64,000 nt of DNA, taken from NCBI RefSeq assembly GCF_006345805.1, contig NC_042998.1, forward strand, positions 51,460,001 to 51,524,000, read 5' to 3'. Each line of letters opens with the position of its first letter. Within the stretch, counting starts at the first letter, position 1. The notes under the pieces were generated by a model. The model made no database searches. It worked only from the letters and a program-made list of their open reading frames with translations, and was not told the DNA's origin. Below are positions 52,201-64,000 of the stretch, piece after piece. The translations under genes and the position numbers were made by a program. This stretch comes from Octopus sinensis. Its lineage: Eukaryota.

Positions 52201-55200
52201 GGAAAATGGTTAGGTTAGAAGGTATAAATATTTTTGTTAAATTTTCGAAAAGGAAATGGATGGATTATGTAACTGGAACTCTGTCAGTTACAATGACAAG
52301 GGTTCAAATTGATCCAATCAACAGAACAGCCTGCTCGTGAAATTAACATGCAAGTGGCTGAGCACTCCACAGACACGTGTACCCTTAACGTAATTCTCAG
52401 GGAGATTCAGCGTGACACAGTGTGTGCCAAGGCTGGCCCTTTGAAATACAGGTACAACTCATTTTTGCCAGCTAAGTGGATGGGAGTAATGTGAAATAAA
52501 GCATCTTGCTCAAGGACAAAGTGCATCACTGGGAATTGAACTCATGGCCTTATGATCATAAGCCAAATGCCCGTAACCACTAAGCCATGCACCTTCACTG
52601 GATCAATTATGTACTCAGAAGATAAAGAAGTCTTATCACATGAACATACAGATGTGGAGAAATTAATCTGTAATATTCCTTAGATTCATATTTAATTGTT
52701 AAAAAAAATTTTTTTAATCAATAGAATTTCATGAAAGCACCATGAATTAAAACTGGTTTAGTTACATAAAATATGTATTTACTTTAAGGATCCATTTTGC
52801 TTCACTGACAAAATATTGACCTAAAAGTATAAATGACATTGATACTGTCTAGGTATGAAGACAAAATTTCATAATGTCTATTTGGAGTGCATCTACCTCT
52901 AATTTATGGTTCATTGTCAATCCCATAATGTATATTAATGCAAAATCAATATTTTGTATGTTGAAAAGAAACACTACTGTATATGTAGATGCATATAAGC
53001 ATATTCTTTTCTCTTCCATGCTTCTAAACCATGTGTAATAAATATCAAAGACAAAATACACTGGGCTCTGATTATTTCTCTGTAAGTTGTTATCAATACT
53101 CAGCATATATATAATCAAAGTGTAGAATCCTGTTCTGTAACAACAGTCACACTATCAAACTCTCTATATAGTAACTGTGTTTTTTTAATTATATAAAAAA
53201 GTAAAGGCTTAGATGCCCAGGAGTCTAATCTGAACTACAACTCTGCACTACTACTACTACTACTACAACTACTACAAAAAACCTGGCCTGGGTAGAAAAA
53301 TACAAATGAAGTAGAAGACAATCTGTTCATGTTTGGATCACATAGAGCAAATACTAGTAGAAAAAAAATATACCTTGTATCTGTCATGTGTTACTCTGAT
53401 GCAAGAACTAAAATCTTTTCTATTTTTGTAAATATATTTTATCTAACCTTTGACCTATCCCAGCCCATGCCAAATGATAATAGAACAGTATTTATTTGTT
53501 AAATCCACATATTTTACTAAACATGTTTCTGAAATTAATAATAAAAAGAAGAAAATGTATTTTTCCTTTCACTCTTATTTTTCCATCTTCCCATCTATCT
53601 TTCATCTCTTTTCTTACATATCTTCTTCCACAGTTCGAAATTATTTCTTTATTCTTTGTTCACCCTTTAAGATGTTTTGTTTTTCCTATTCATTCATTTA
53701 GCTCTTTGGCTTTTCCTCAACTTAGTCTAATCCATTATTTTTGTCATCATTCCTATTCTACCCAAGACTAATGAACTATTCTGTCTATTGTTTTTTACCC
53801 CACTCATCTCTTATACATGTTCTCATCTTGCAATTACTGACCACTTACTATGTGCTTTTAAACTGAAAATATCAAACTGTCTTCATTAAACTAACATTTC
53901 TCTCTTCTCCTGTCTCTAAAATATTTTTTTTTTCTAAAATCACATATGTAAAACAAGAGAAAAGAAAAGGAAAATAATTTCAAAAGAATATTACTTTTCA
54001 AATTAAAAAAAATTTTGATTGTGTCCAAAATGTAATTATTTTTTGTTTACACAAACTTAAATGTTCTTTGTTTACAAAAGAAAAAATAAAAGAAAAAAAC
54101 AAAATACTGCATTGACAATTTTTCTTGAAATCTGGTGTAATATTATTTTATCAAATTAAGGATTTTTACTTGTTATAAATTAGAGGAGAAAGGCAAATAA
54201 TGTTTAAGGGTGAATTATCCTCAAGCTAGATTCTTAGCTTGAATACTTGCAACAGTGCTTACTAAATGGTACGGAACTTGCAACTTGAGTGCTTATTAAA
54301 ATGTATGGAAACGATTTTGTGGCTAAGATGCTTGCTTGCCAAGCACGTGGTTTCTGGTTTACACTGTGTGGCATTTTGGGCATGTGTCTTCTGCTATAAT
54401 CCTGGGCCAATCAAAACTTTGAGTATATTTGGCCAATGGTAACTGAAAGAAGCTCATCATGTATGTTTCTTTAAATTTGCACTTCTCCACAAATGAATAA
54501 GCTACAAGTAGTGACGTTGTTGTCATTTTCCTTGTCAACAAACCATCCATTGGCTTTGCAACCTTCAAAGATGTGAGAAATAAGAGGCTCCTTACTTGAA
54601 AAACAAGGAAGAGTATCTGGCAGTAAAATAATGCCTCAGTAACATACTCATCTAACCCATGCTAGTATGTAAAAATAAGTGAATGAATAGAACAGCCATG
54701 TGCCTGGTGGTGGTGATGTTAAACTAAGTAACAAATTAATTCCACCGCCCCAGAACAGGAATAGCCCATTCAGTAGTTTTCAGTTTAATTTCCATGTAGC
54801 AAACTTCTTTCCCTAGGCTTTTGTCAAATCAAAGCTATGGTAGAAAATACTTGCTCAAGGATCCAGACAGTGGTCCTTGTTAGAATTGCAAAGCTGATAA
54901 ATAACTGAAAAATTTTCACTTCTCAAGAATTTCAGGTTAACAATTAAATTTTCTATTGCATTAAATTATGTACAGGTCAATGAAGTCACTTATTCTGCCA
55001 GAAAAAGCAGCCAAGTCTTTCAGATCATACCCCATTTTCTTAAAAACAGAAACTACATGAACTATATAGTCATGAGTCCTCAACATCATCATTATCATTT
55101 AATGTCTGTTGTCCATGCTGGCATCGGTTGGACAGTTTTGACCAGAGTTGGCGAGCTGGGGAGCTGCACGAGACTCCAGTCTGATTTGGCATGGTTTCTG

Positions 55201-57998
55201 TGGCTGGATGCTCTTTGTAACACCGACCACTTTGAAGTGTGTGCTAGGTGCTTTTACATAGCACCACATGGGCGTTTTTATATAGCACAGCACAGGCGCT
55301 TTCACGTAATACTACCATGGGTGCTTTACACCACCAGATGGATCGGTGAATATGTTTTTGCTCTTATGACTGCTATGGATCTGAAGTTAAACACCAGGAA
55401 AAATCATGTGAAATTAGGCAAGAAGAAATCAATATAAAAGGTATTTTGCAAATGTTTTTCCCATTGAATTTTACATCAAAAATGCTTTGCTTATCAGTAA
55501 GTTGTGTAGAAGTTTATTTAATGATATATTATAACAAAGGAATATTATAATTGTTCCTGTGGTATTGTATGATAAATACATACCACATTGTAACAATTGA
55601 ACAATTGCAAGTATTTTTAAAAGATACATCTACAATGCAAATTATATAAAATATATTTTCAATGCAGGACATCAATCAGAAAACTTGGTTGTCACAAGTG
55701 TAACAATAAGTCAAAGAGGAAGCTTCTACATGGTCATTCATCTCACTTGAAATATGAAGTAGCAAATCCTACTCAAATTCTACTCTGCCACTAGAAAATA
55801 TAGTTTGGGGTGTAGAAAAAGACAAGCTGATAATAAATTGAATGATTTTGATCAGAATTATGCTCAAGTAAGCTAAGCAACAAATATTACTATTATGGTT
55901 ATATCACCAAAGCTAATGAGAAGATTTATGACCTAGTTGTTAAGCAACTGGGCTCTCAATCATAAGATTGTGGGTTCAGTTCCTGACTCAGAGGTAAACT
56001 GTGTTTTGGGGCAAGACTTTTTACTTCATGTTGCTTCAGTCCACTAAACCAGCAAAAATGATTATTAAAACTGACAGACATTGGTCATCACTAAGTAGCT
56101 CATTAGTATTAACATGTCAGTGGCATGATCACAAACTTACAGGTATTAAGAGAGGCTATATTCAGCTCTTGACTACTACATTCTGTCTTTACTTTTTTAA
56201 CAAAACTGTTATTTGTAAATTACTACACAGTATCATTTATGTTCCTGCCATGGATCTTTCTATGGCCCTTTACATCATAACCAATCAGTGTTCTCCCATC
56301 TTCGTAGTAGCCCACATCTCACTTTGCTTACAAGAGCACTAGTAGGATAGTGCTATTGAAGAAACTGGCAGATAATTTGAGAACAGATCACAGAATACCA
56401 AAATCACAAGTTTTGCTGGACTCGACATGTTGCAATGTTCACAGACAACCTATACAGTTGCCAAGTGTATCCAGGAGGTTAGAAAAAGTCACCTACAATG
56501 CCTTCACAATATTGGGAAGATAAATTAGTTTAACACTTTGGACCAAGATGGAAAACAAAGGGTACAATCAAGGAAGAAATGAAAGTGCATTGTGGCCAGT
56601 AGTGTATAACAACATCCGATAGTCTGGCTGATATAAGTGATTCAGTGATTATTTATGTATGAACCAGGGAGACTAACAGATCACTAGAAATACTAATCTG
56701 TTTTGATTCATTTTGATACCAACCTGCCTGAGCCCAACCTGGATCTCAAACAATCTTTCCATTTTAAGGTGATCTAAATTAAAATCCTCTTTGAAAATTT
56801 CAGATTAATTTGTTTCAAACACAATCTTAATAATGGTTTCAAATTTTAACATAAAGCCAGCAAGTTCGGGGCAGGAGGTAAGTCAGTTACATCAACTCCA
56901 GTACACAACTGGTACTCATTTATCGACTCCAGAAAGATGAAAGGCAAAGTTGACTTTGGTGGAATTTGAACTCAGAACATAAAGCCAGACAAAATTTTGC
57001 CCAGCGTGAAGACCACCTAAATGATCCTTTCTACTATAGGCACAAGGCCTGAAATTTTGGGGGAAGATACTAGTCAGTTACATTGACCCCAGTGCTCAAC
57101 TGGTAATTATTTTATCAACACCAAAAGGAGGAAAGGCAAAGTTATCCTTGGTAGAATTTGAACTCAGAATGTAAAGACGGATGAAATGCTGCTAAACATC
57201 TTGCCCGGTGTGCTAATAATTCTGCCAGCTCCACCACTTTATGCCATCTAAATAATGGCAGTAATTTTAGTAAATTCTTCATTAATTTTAAAATTAATTG
57301 AAACAAAAGCAGTGTATTTTGACAGGAAATGTGGTAAGAAAAGTATTCCTGTCTGAGAATAAGCAGCTGTTTAAATTTGATACTTAAATAGGAAGAATCA
57401 TCAGAACAGTTTGTAGTGAGGAAGCTAAATCAAAGTAAAAATTAAATCTGAATAGATGCTTGTTGGCTTGTTATATTAAGTAATAAAGACTAATGCTTTG
57501 AGCTGCTTCAACATTTTCTAGTACCAAAACAAACAAGGAATGTGTTTGTTTCTAAATTGACAAATGAGAAAAAAAATTGAAAAGAAAAGAAAAGCTACAA
57601 TTTATTTTTTATCAAAACTGAAATACAAATATACAAATGTTAGTGTAGTGTAAGACACTTTAACATACTATTTTATCTTTCTTTGTTTTTTCTTTCTTTC
57701 TTTCTTTTATTTAGAAATTATAATTGATGACAATGTGAATGCAATCAGACAAAACTTTATTCTTTAATGCAATTATATTTGTCAATGTCATTGCATAAAG
57801 AAAACAGATTTTGTATGTGTGAATGTGGGGGAGTGATAGTATGGTTTTCATTTTGCTCTTTATCGCTTAGGTTGATACTACTTAGCAGGGGAACAGAGGA
57901 ATTATACAGAGTCAAATGGTTCTTATCAGTTGAAAGCAAAACCATCTTGTACTTGATCTTGCTTTTTCTTAATATGAATAACTGCTGATATACATATC

Positions 57999-58166
57999 GT
58001 AGGAGTGGCTGTGTGGTAAGTAGCTTGCTTACGAACAACATGGTTCCGGGTTCAGTCCCACTGCGTGGCACCTTGGGCAAGTGTCTTCTACTATAGCCTC
58101 GGGCCGACTAAAGCCTTGTGAGAGGATTTGGTAGATGTAAACTGAAAGAAGCCTGTCATATATGTA

Positions 58167-58230
<64 letters not shown>

Positions 58231-58442
58231 CGTATGTGTGTGTGTATATGTTTGTGTGTCTGTGTTTGTCCCTCCAACATTGCTTGACAACTGGTGGTGG
58301 TGTGTTAACATTCCCGTAACTTAGCGGTTCAGCAAAAGAGACCAATAGAATAAGTACTAGGCTTACAAAGAATAAGCTCTAGGGTCGATTAGCTTGACTG
58401 CTCCAGTATGGCCACAGTCAAATGACTGAAACAAGTAAAAGA
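57999..58442 (+). mobile_element. Full-length family-B SINE
   Basis: GTAGGAGTGGCTGTGTGGTAAG head, GGTTCAGTCCC B-box-like motif, internal TA/TG tract, AAGTAAAAGAG tail. Confidence 0.85.
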
Positions 58443-58559
58443 GTATATCTATGTCACACACATAGACACATATATTTATATGTGTGTGTATATATATATA
58501 TATATATAGTTCATAGATGGGGATCAGATATTCCTTGTATAGAATACACTTAGTAGTGC

Positions 58560-58990
58560 TCAAGGGATTTAAACTTGAGCGAGTATAGAAGTAAATGTAA
58601 AGATAAGCAAGTTAGGTAGGTCAATATATAGAGTATATTAAATACATGAAATACAAAAAATGTATATATGTTTATATGCAAAAAGGTCCAACTTAAGCAG
58701 AATAGAAATGATATCGAGAATTAAAGGAGTTGAAGAAAAGTATTACAAATCCAACAGCTGTTTCTGAGGGCTCGGTGGTCCTAAATGATGTTTGTAGATT
58801 GATTCCATCGTTGAATAAGATGAGCCTCCATCTTCAAGGAAGAGATCTTACATTTGAGGTGTTGAAAGAAAGAAGTCCAAAGATGGAACATTCTCAAAGA
58901 GAATGATGTAGTTGAGTCGCCAGTATTCCAAGTGCTCTACAAAGAAAGTTTATCTAAAGCAGAGCTGATGCTGTTAAAACCAGAGAAAGA
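58560..58990 (-). mobile_element. Probable Penelope-like element 3'/pLTR fragment containing hammerhead-like motif H9
   Basis: Minus strand 58840-58750: TCC-TTGAAGA-TGGAGGCTC[48 nt]GAGCCCTCA-GAAAC-AGCT-GTT-GGA, followed by TA-rich sequence. Protein homology too weak to call. Confidence 0.5.
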
Positions 58991-61900
58991 TGAAAATACA
59001 TATAAATATGGAAATTCCACCAACTCCACAAAAATTGACTGCAAAGAGTATCAATAAAGGGTTGACACTAATAGGGGAAGGTCTGCAAGTTTTTGCTGAT
59101 AATGATCCTAATTGCGAAGGTCATGTGAAAATTCCAAGAAGTATTTACATTGAGCCCGGTTTCTACACTTAACTGTGCAAAGAAATAAAATAAATGTTCC
59201 ATCTCAAGCCATGCCAGACTCCCAGTTTCAGTGGCGTAGAAATTCCCCACCTGTACGGGATGCAGGTCCATCGCAGGATTACTCATTTTTGCCAGCTGAG
59301 TGGACTGGAGCAACGTGAAAATGAAGTGTTTTGCTCAAGAATACAATGCATCGCCTGGTCCAGGAATCGAAACCACAACCATACGATCATGAGTTCAACA
59401 CCCTAACCACTAAGCCATGCGCCTCCACATGCAAAGAGATGATATGCTAAAAAACATCAATCTGGTACAAGCCTCAGGCAGAGGTTTAGGATGATGAACT
59501 CCATTGTAGAAGGTAATGTATCACATCCTCCCAGTAACTCATATTTCCCCATTATTCTTCAAGTCAGTCATCAACATCTTTTGTCATTAGAATGTACCCT
59601 ATTATACTGATTTCAAATTATGGCACAAGGCCAGTAATTTCAGGAGAGGGATTAAGTCAGTTACATCGACTTCAGTGTTCAACTGCTACATATTCTATTA
59701 ACCCAGAAAGGATGAAAGATAAAGACAACCTCAGTAGAAAGACAAAATATCGCTAAGTATTTTGCCCAGCTTGCTAACAATACTGTCAGCTCAGAACCTT
59801 AATCTTTCCTAGTATATTACAATTCTTATTTATTCCTTAACATATTTCACTTTGAATATTTCTATGTACATATTTTGAACAATATATATGTTTAGAAATT
59901 GTTATTTTCATACATAAAAGAAGTTGTTTTTGCTTGGTTTTTGAAGACATATATCAGAAAACATTGTTTTTTTATAACAGAAAATTCACTGAGGAAATGA
60001 ATTTCACATTACAGGATTTTACATTATGGCACATTTTTCTAGAACACAATATTCCTATAATGCAGAGGATTTCTGTATACACAAATTCATACACATACCG
60101 GAAGATGCATACCTGTGAAGCTCTATAAACATGTCTCATATATTATATGATAAAAACAGGGCTTTACATCTATGCTGATGGTTACAAAATAGGAGTTTGT
60201 TTAGCTTGTTGGCACTGTATACACTATATCTTTTTGTATATTGAACAGAAGAACGTATCTATACATATAGAAGCTTGCTTACGAACCACATGGTTCTGGG
60301 TTCAGTCCCACTGTGTGGCATCTTGGGTAAATGTCTTCTACTATAGCCTTGGGTTGACCAAAGCTTTGTGAGTGGATTTGGTAGACGGAAACTGAAAGAA
60401 GCCTGTCGTGTATATATATATGTGTGTGTGTGTGTGTTTGTGTGTCTGTGTTTGTCCTCCCAACATCGCTTGACAACTGATGGTGGTGTGTTTACGTCCC
60501 TGTAACTTAGCAGTTCAGCAAAAGAGACCGATAGAATAAGTACTAGGCTTACAAAGAATAAGTCCTGAGGTCGATTTGCTCGACTAAAGGTGGTGCTCCA
60601 GCATGGCCACAGTCAAATGGCTGAAACAAGTGAAAGAGTAAAGAGTATGACAAGCATTTTTGCATAAAATAAGTGTGATATGATATAATGGAGTATAGGG
60701 GCATTACTCGTAGAGTACTGGATATTCATAATTATCATTGCCGTTTTCATTTAACTTTTACTGAGTGTCAGAGGTCACTTAGCTCAATGGTACAGAGCAT
60801 TCAACCAGCCTTCTGTGATCAACAGAAAAAGACAAACAAGTGATTGATTGTGGAAGGCATGAGTATAAGCAACAACATTCCCAGGATGACATCAGCCAAC
60901 AGGGCAGCAAAAGACTGTGAGCTTCCACAGCATGCTGGCAAGCAGAGGTCCTCACAGGAATGTGACAAAAGACATGATGAGACATTGTCAGGACAGAAGG
61001 GAGATGAAGCCACTACGACAGCAAGGAGTCTAAGTGTGCAAATCAATGAACGAAGGGAGCTGCCACCTTTTCCCTGACTTTATAAAGCTGTCGTCACAGC
61101 TATTCTTCTGCTTTCAAGACTCTCTTAATTTCTAAATATATATATATATATACATATATATAATCACCATCATCATCATCATTTAACGTCTGCTTTCCAT
61201 GCTGGCATGGGTTGGATGATTTGACTGAGGACTGGCGAACCAGATGGCTGCACCAGGCTCCAATCTGATCTGGCAGAGTTTCTACAGCTAGATGCCCTTC
61301 CTAACACCAACCACTCCGAGAGTGTAGTGGGTGCTTTTACATGCCACCGGCAAGAGGGTCAGTCAGGCAGTACTGGCAACAGCCATGCTCAAATGGTGTT
61401 TTTTACATGCTACATGCACAGGAGCCAGTCCAGCAGCACTGGCAACGACCTCGCTCGAAAGTTTTCTTTTTTTAAGGGATGTGGTAAGTAGCTTGCTAAC
61501 CAACCACATGGTTCCAAGTTCAGTCCCACTGCATGGCATCTTGGGCAAGTGTCTTCTGCTATAGCCTCGGGCCGACTAAAGCCTTGTGAGTGGATTTGGT
61601 AGACGGAAACTGAAAGAAGCCTGTCGTATATATGTATATATACGTGTATGTGTGTCTGTGTTTGTCCCTCTAGCATTGCTTGACAACTGATGCTGGTGTG
61701 TTTACGTCCCCGTTACTTGGCGGTTCGGCAAAAGAGACTGATAGAATAAGTACTGGGCTTACAAAGAATAAGTCCCGGGGTCGATTTGCTCGACTAAAGG
61801 CGGTGCTCCAGAATGGCTGCAGTCAAATGACTGAAACAAGTAAAAAGCGAAAAAAGAGGAAGATATATATATATGTGAACTTGATATTCCTGTATTTCAT

Positions 61901-62780
61901 TTGTTATATGTTTTTGTATTCAGTGATAGATTAATGATGTCACACTATAATTGCAACTCATATGTACAACTTACAACCACTGTATGCATAATCCAACTGA
62001 ACACATCCTCAGAGAGTTCTGAAAGAGCTGAAACCTGAATGGTAAAATCCATCATGCTCTGAGTGCCTAGTTACTTAACAACTAGGTCATAAATCTTCTC
62101 ATTAGCTTTAGTGATATAACCATTATAGTAATAATTGTTGCTTAGCTTACTTGAGCATAATTCTGATCAAAATCATTCAATTTATTATCAGCTTGTCAAC
62201 AACAGTTCTATTTACTATTCAGTCCACATATTAAGAATCCTTTTATTCCTTTATTCTTTTACTTGTTTCAGTCATTTGACTGTGGCCATGCTGGAGCACC
62301 ACCGTAAAGGGTTTAGTCAAAGAAATCAATCCCAGGACTTATTCTTTGTAAGCCTAGTACGTATTCTATCAGTCTCTTTTGCTGAAGAAATGTGTAACTG
62401 GCGCAACACTGAAACTTGGATACCAATTAGTTTTCCACATTTTTATTTTAATCAATCAGAAACATTGGGAATTGATTGAAAGGTAAAAACACACTCTATG
62501 TATTCAAAATATGTGCTGCACTTCAACACAAAGTTCTAAATAACATTTCTTGAAGCTTATTGCATTACATGCATAATGTCTTACATAATTAAATCAAGAC
62601 ATTTTACATGCATTGCAGGTAACTGTGGAAGCTCTGTAATACTGCGAATCACTGATCATAATGTGACTGAAATTTCCATGAACAGGGCACAACCAGGTAC
62701 ATATAACTGAAAATATAAAGTACTGTGTATAAGAATAAAATCCACCCTTACAGCATATCATAATGGTTCCATTGGTTTAA

Positions 62781-63001
62781 CCCTTTAGTGTTCGCATTAT
62801 TCTGCCAAAATTAATGCTTTTTTATCCAAATTGTTTTGAACTAATCATGCATTATTTTGTAGCTATGAGATTTTGATGAGGTAGCTGTTAATTTTTAAAA
62901 TGATGTTGTAGGATTGGTGTGAGAGACTAAATCTGGCCAATTTGAACATAAAACAGTCAGAATACTTTTGGCCGGATATGGCCGGTTTAAATGCTAAAGG
63001 G
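62781..63001. mobile_element. Complete piggyBac-type MITE with TTAA TSD
   Basis: TTAA|CCCTTTAG ... CTAAAGGG|TTAA. Confidence 0.85.
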
Positions 63002-63384
63002 TTAAAGTAATTATTTGACAGGATTTTGTGGACTAAATTTAAAATGCCAAAACGTAAGTGATGCAACAAATTCTAAGGCCTCAGTAAATTATTTTTGCTG
63101 ACAAACAGGATGATCTTCTAAAAAATAACACTGCCAAACTGTGGTTTTATTCCAGTTCTTCCTTAAAATACATCTTTGCAAGATGGTAAGTTTTTTTTTT
63201 TTTTTTCTAGGTTGGAACTGGATACCTACCTTTTGTCCTTACAGTGAAATTGTCATCTTCTAGACAGGATCCAAGACTGCTGCCCTGATTACATTTTTAT
63301 CATAATTTATCAGTTTTTATCTCCTTTTGCTTGGAATTGCCCTATCATCATCATCATCATGGCACCTGTATCTACTCTTTTACT

Positions 63385-63583
63385 CTTTTACTTGTTTCAG
63401 TCATTGGACTGCGGCCATGCTGGAGCAGCACCTTTAGTCGAGCAAATCGACCATGGGACTTATTCTTTGTAAGCCCAGTACTTATTCTATCGGTCTCTTT
63501 TGCCGAACCACTAAGGTACGGGGACGTAAACACACCAGCATCAGTTGTCAAGCAATGCTAGGGGGACAAACACAGACACACAA

Positions 63584-63623
<40 letters not shown>

Positions 63624-63795
63624 ATATATACGACAGGCTTCTTTCAGTTTCTGTCTACCAAATCCACTCACAAGGCATTGGTCGGCCCGGGGCTATAGCA
63701 GAAGGCACTTGCCCAAGGTGCCACACAGTGGGACTGAACCCGGAACCATATGCTTGGTTAGCAAGCTACATACCACACAGCCACTCCTGCGCCTA
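63385..63795 (-). mobile_element. Young full-length family-B SINE
   Basis: Reverse complement closely matches 57999-58442 and 61478-61845; many CpGs retained. Confidence 0.85.
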
Positions 63796-64000
63796 TTTTA
63801 AGTACGGTTTAGCAACCCTAATGATTATCCAAAATTCTAATTTAATTTAACACTGTCGTCCTTGAGCTCCCAAATCTTCATGGCTAGAGACGTCCTGCCA
63901 GCCCTATGTCTTAATTTAAAGGAAGAACAATGGTTACATAACCTGGAACCATGTGGTTGGGAAGCAAGCTTCTTACCACATAGCCAAGCTTGCGTCTATA

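Noticed and set aside
57360-57410. Minus-strand CTGATGA ... TAAAC-AGCT-GCT
   Set aside because: G12 and U16.1 are both wrong and stems I and II do not pair; too weak to count.
60773-60830. tRNA-like start GGTCACTTAGCTCAATGGTACAGAGC
   Set aside because: No T arm/B box or acceptor stem. All other tRNA-like heads in the window belong to SINEs, so no tRNA gene is called.
1-64000. CRISPR arrays, rRNA, prokaryotic operons
   Set aside because: No regularly spaced repeat-spacer array or rRNA-like sequence; the DNA is intron-rich and eukaryotic.

Overview
This is AT-rich, repeat-dense eukaryotic genomic DNA, almost certainly from an octopus. That call rests on recognising the tRNA-derived SINE and MITE families by eye, not on a search. 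One protein-coding gene is present: MBOAT7/LPIAT1 (lysophosphatidylinositol acyltransferase) on the + strand. Six coding exons splice in frame with GT-AG boundaries (6176-6302, 20345-20495, 27286-27437, 47179-47387, 48315-48488, 50410-50749). The exons for the first ~69 codons were not found and probably lie upstream. The rest is intron or intergenic sequence made of four abundant SINE-like families, piggyBac/hAT/pogo-type MITEs, Helitron fragments, decayed mariner and DD37D transposases, RTE/BovB and L1-like relics, and microsatellites. The microsatellites account for nearly all long ORFs in the track. The main unexplained signal is about nine type-I hammerhead-ribozyme-like motifs in unrelated sequence contexts. 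Most have a tiny palindromic stem III and an unusually large stem/loop II, and most lie close to (TA)n/(CA)n arrays. Four sit as inverted pairs inside two long fold-back elements in MBOAT7 introns. They look like a microsatellite-associated Penelope-like/retrozyme system. All structures were read by eye; none was computed or tested.
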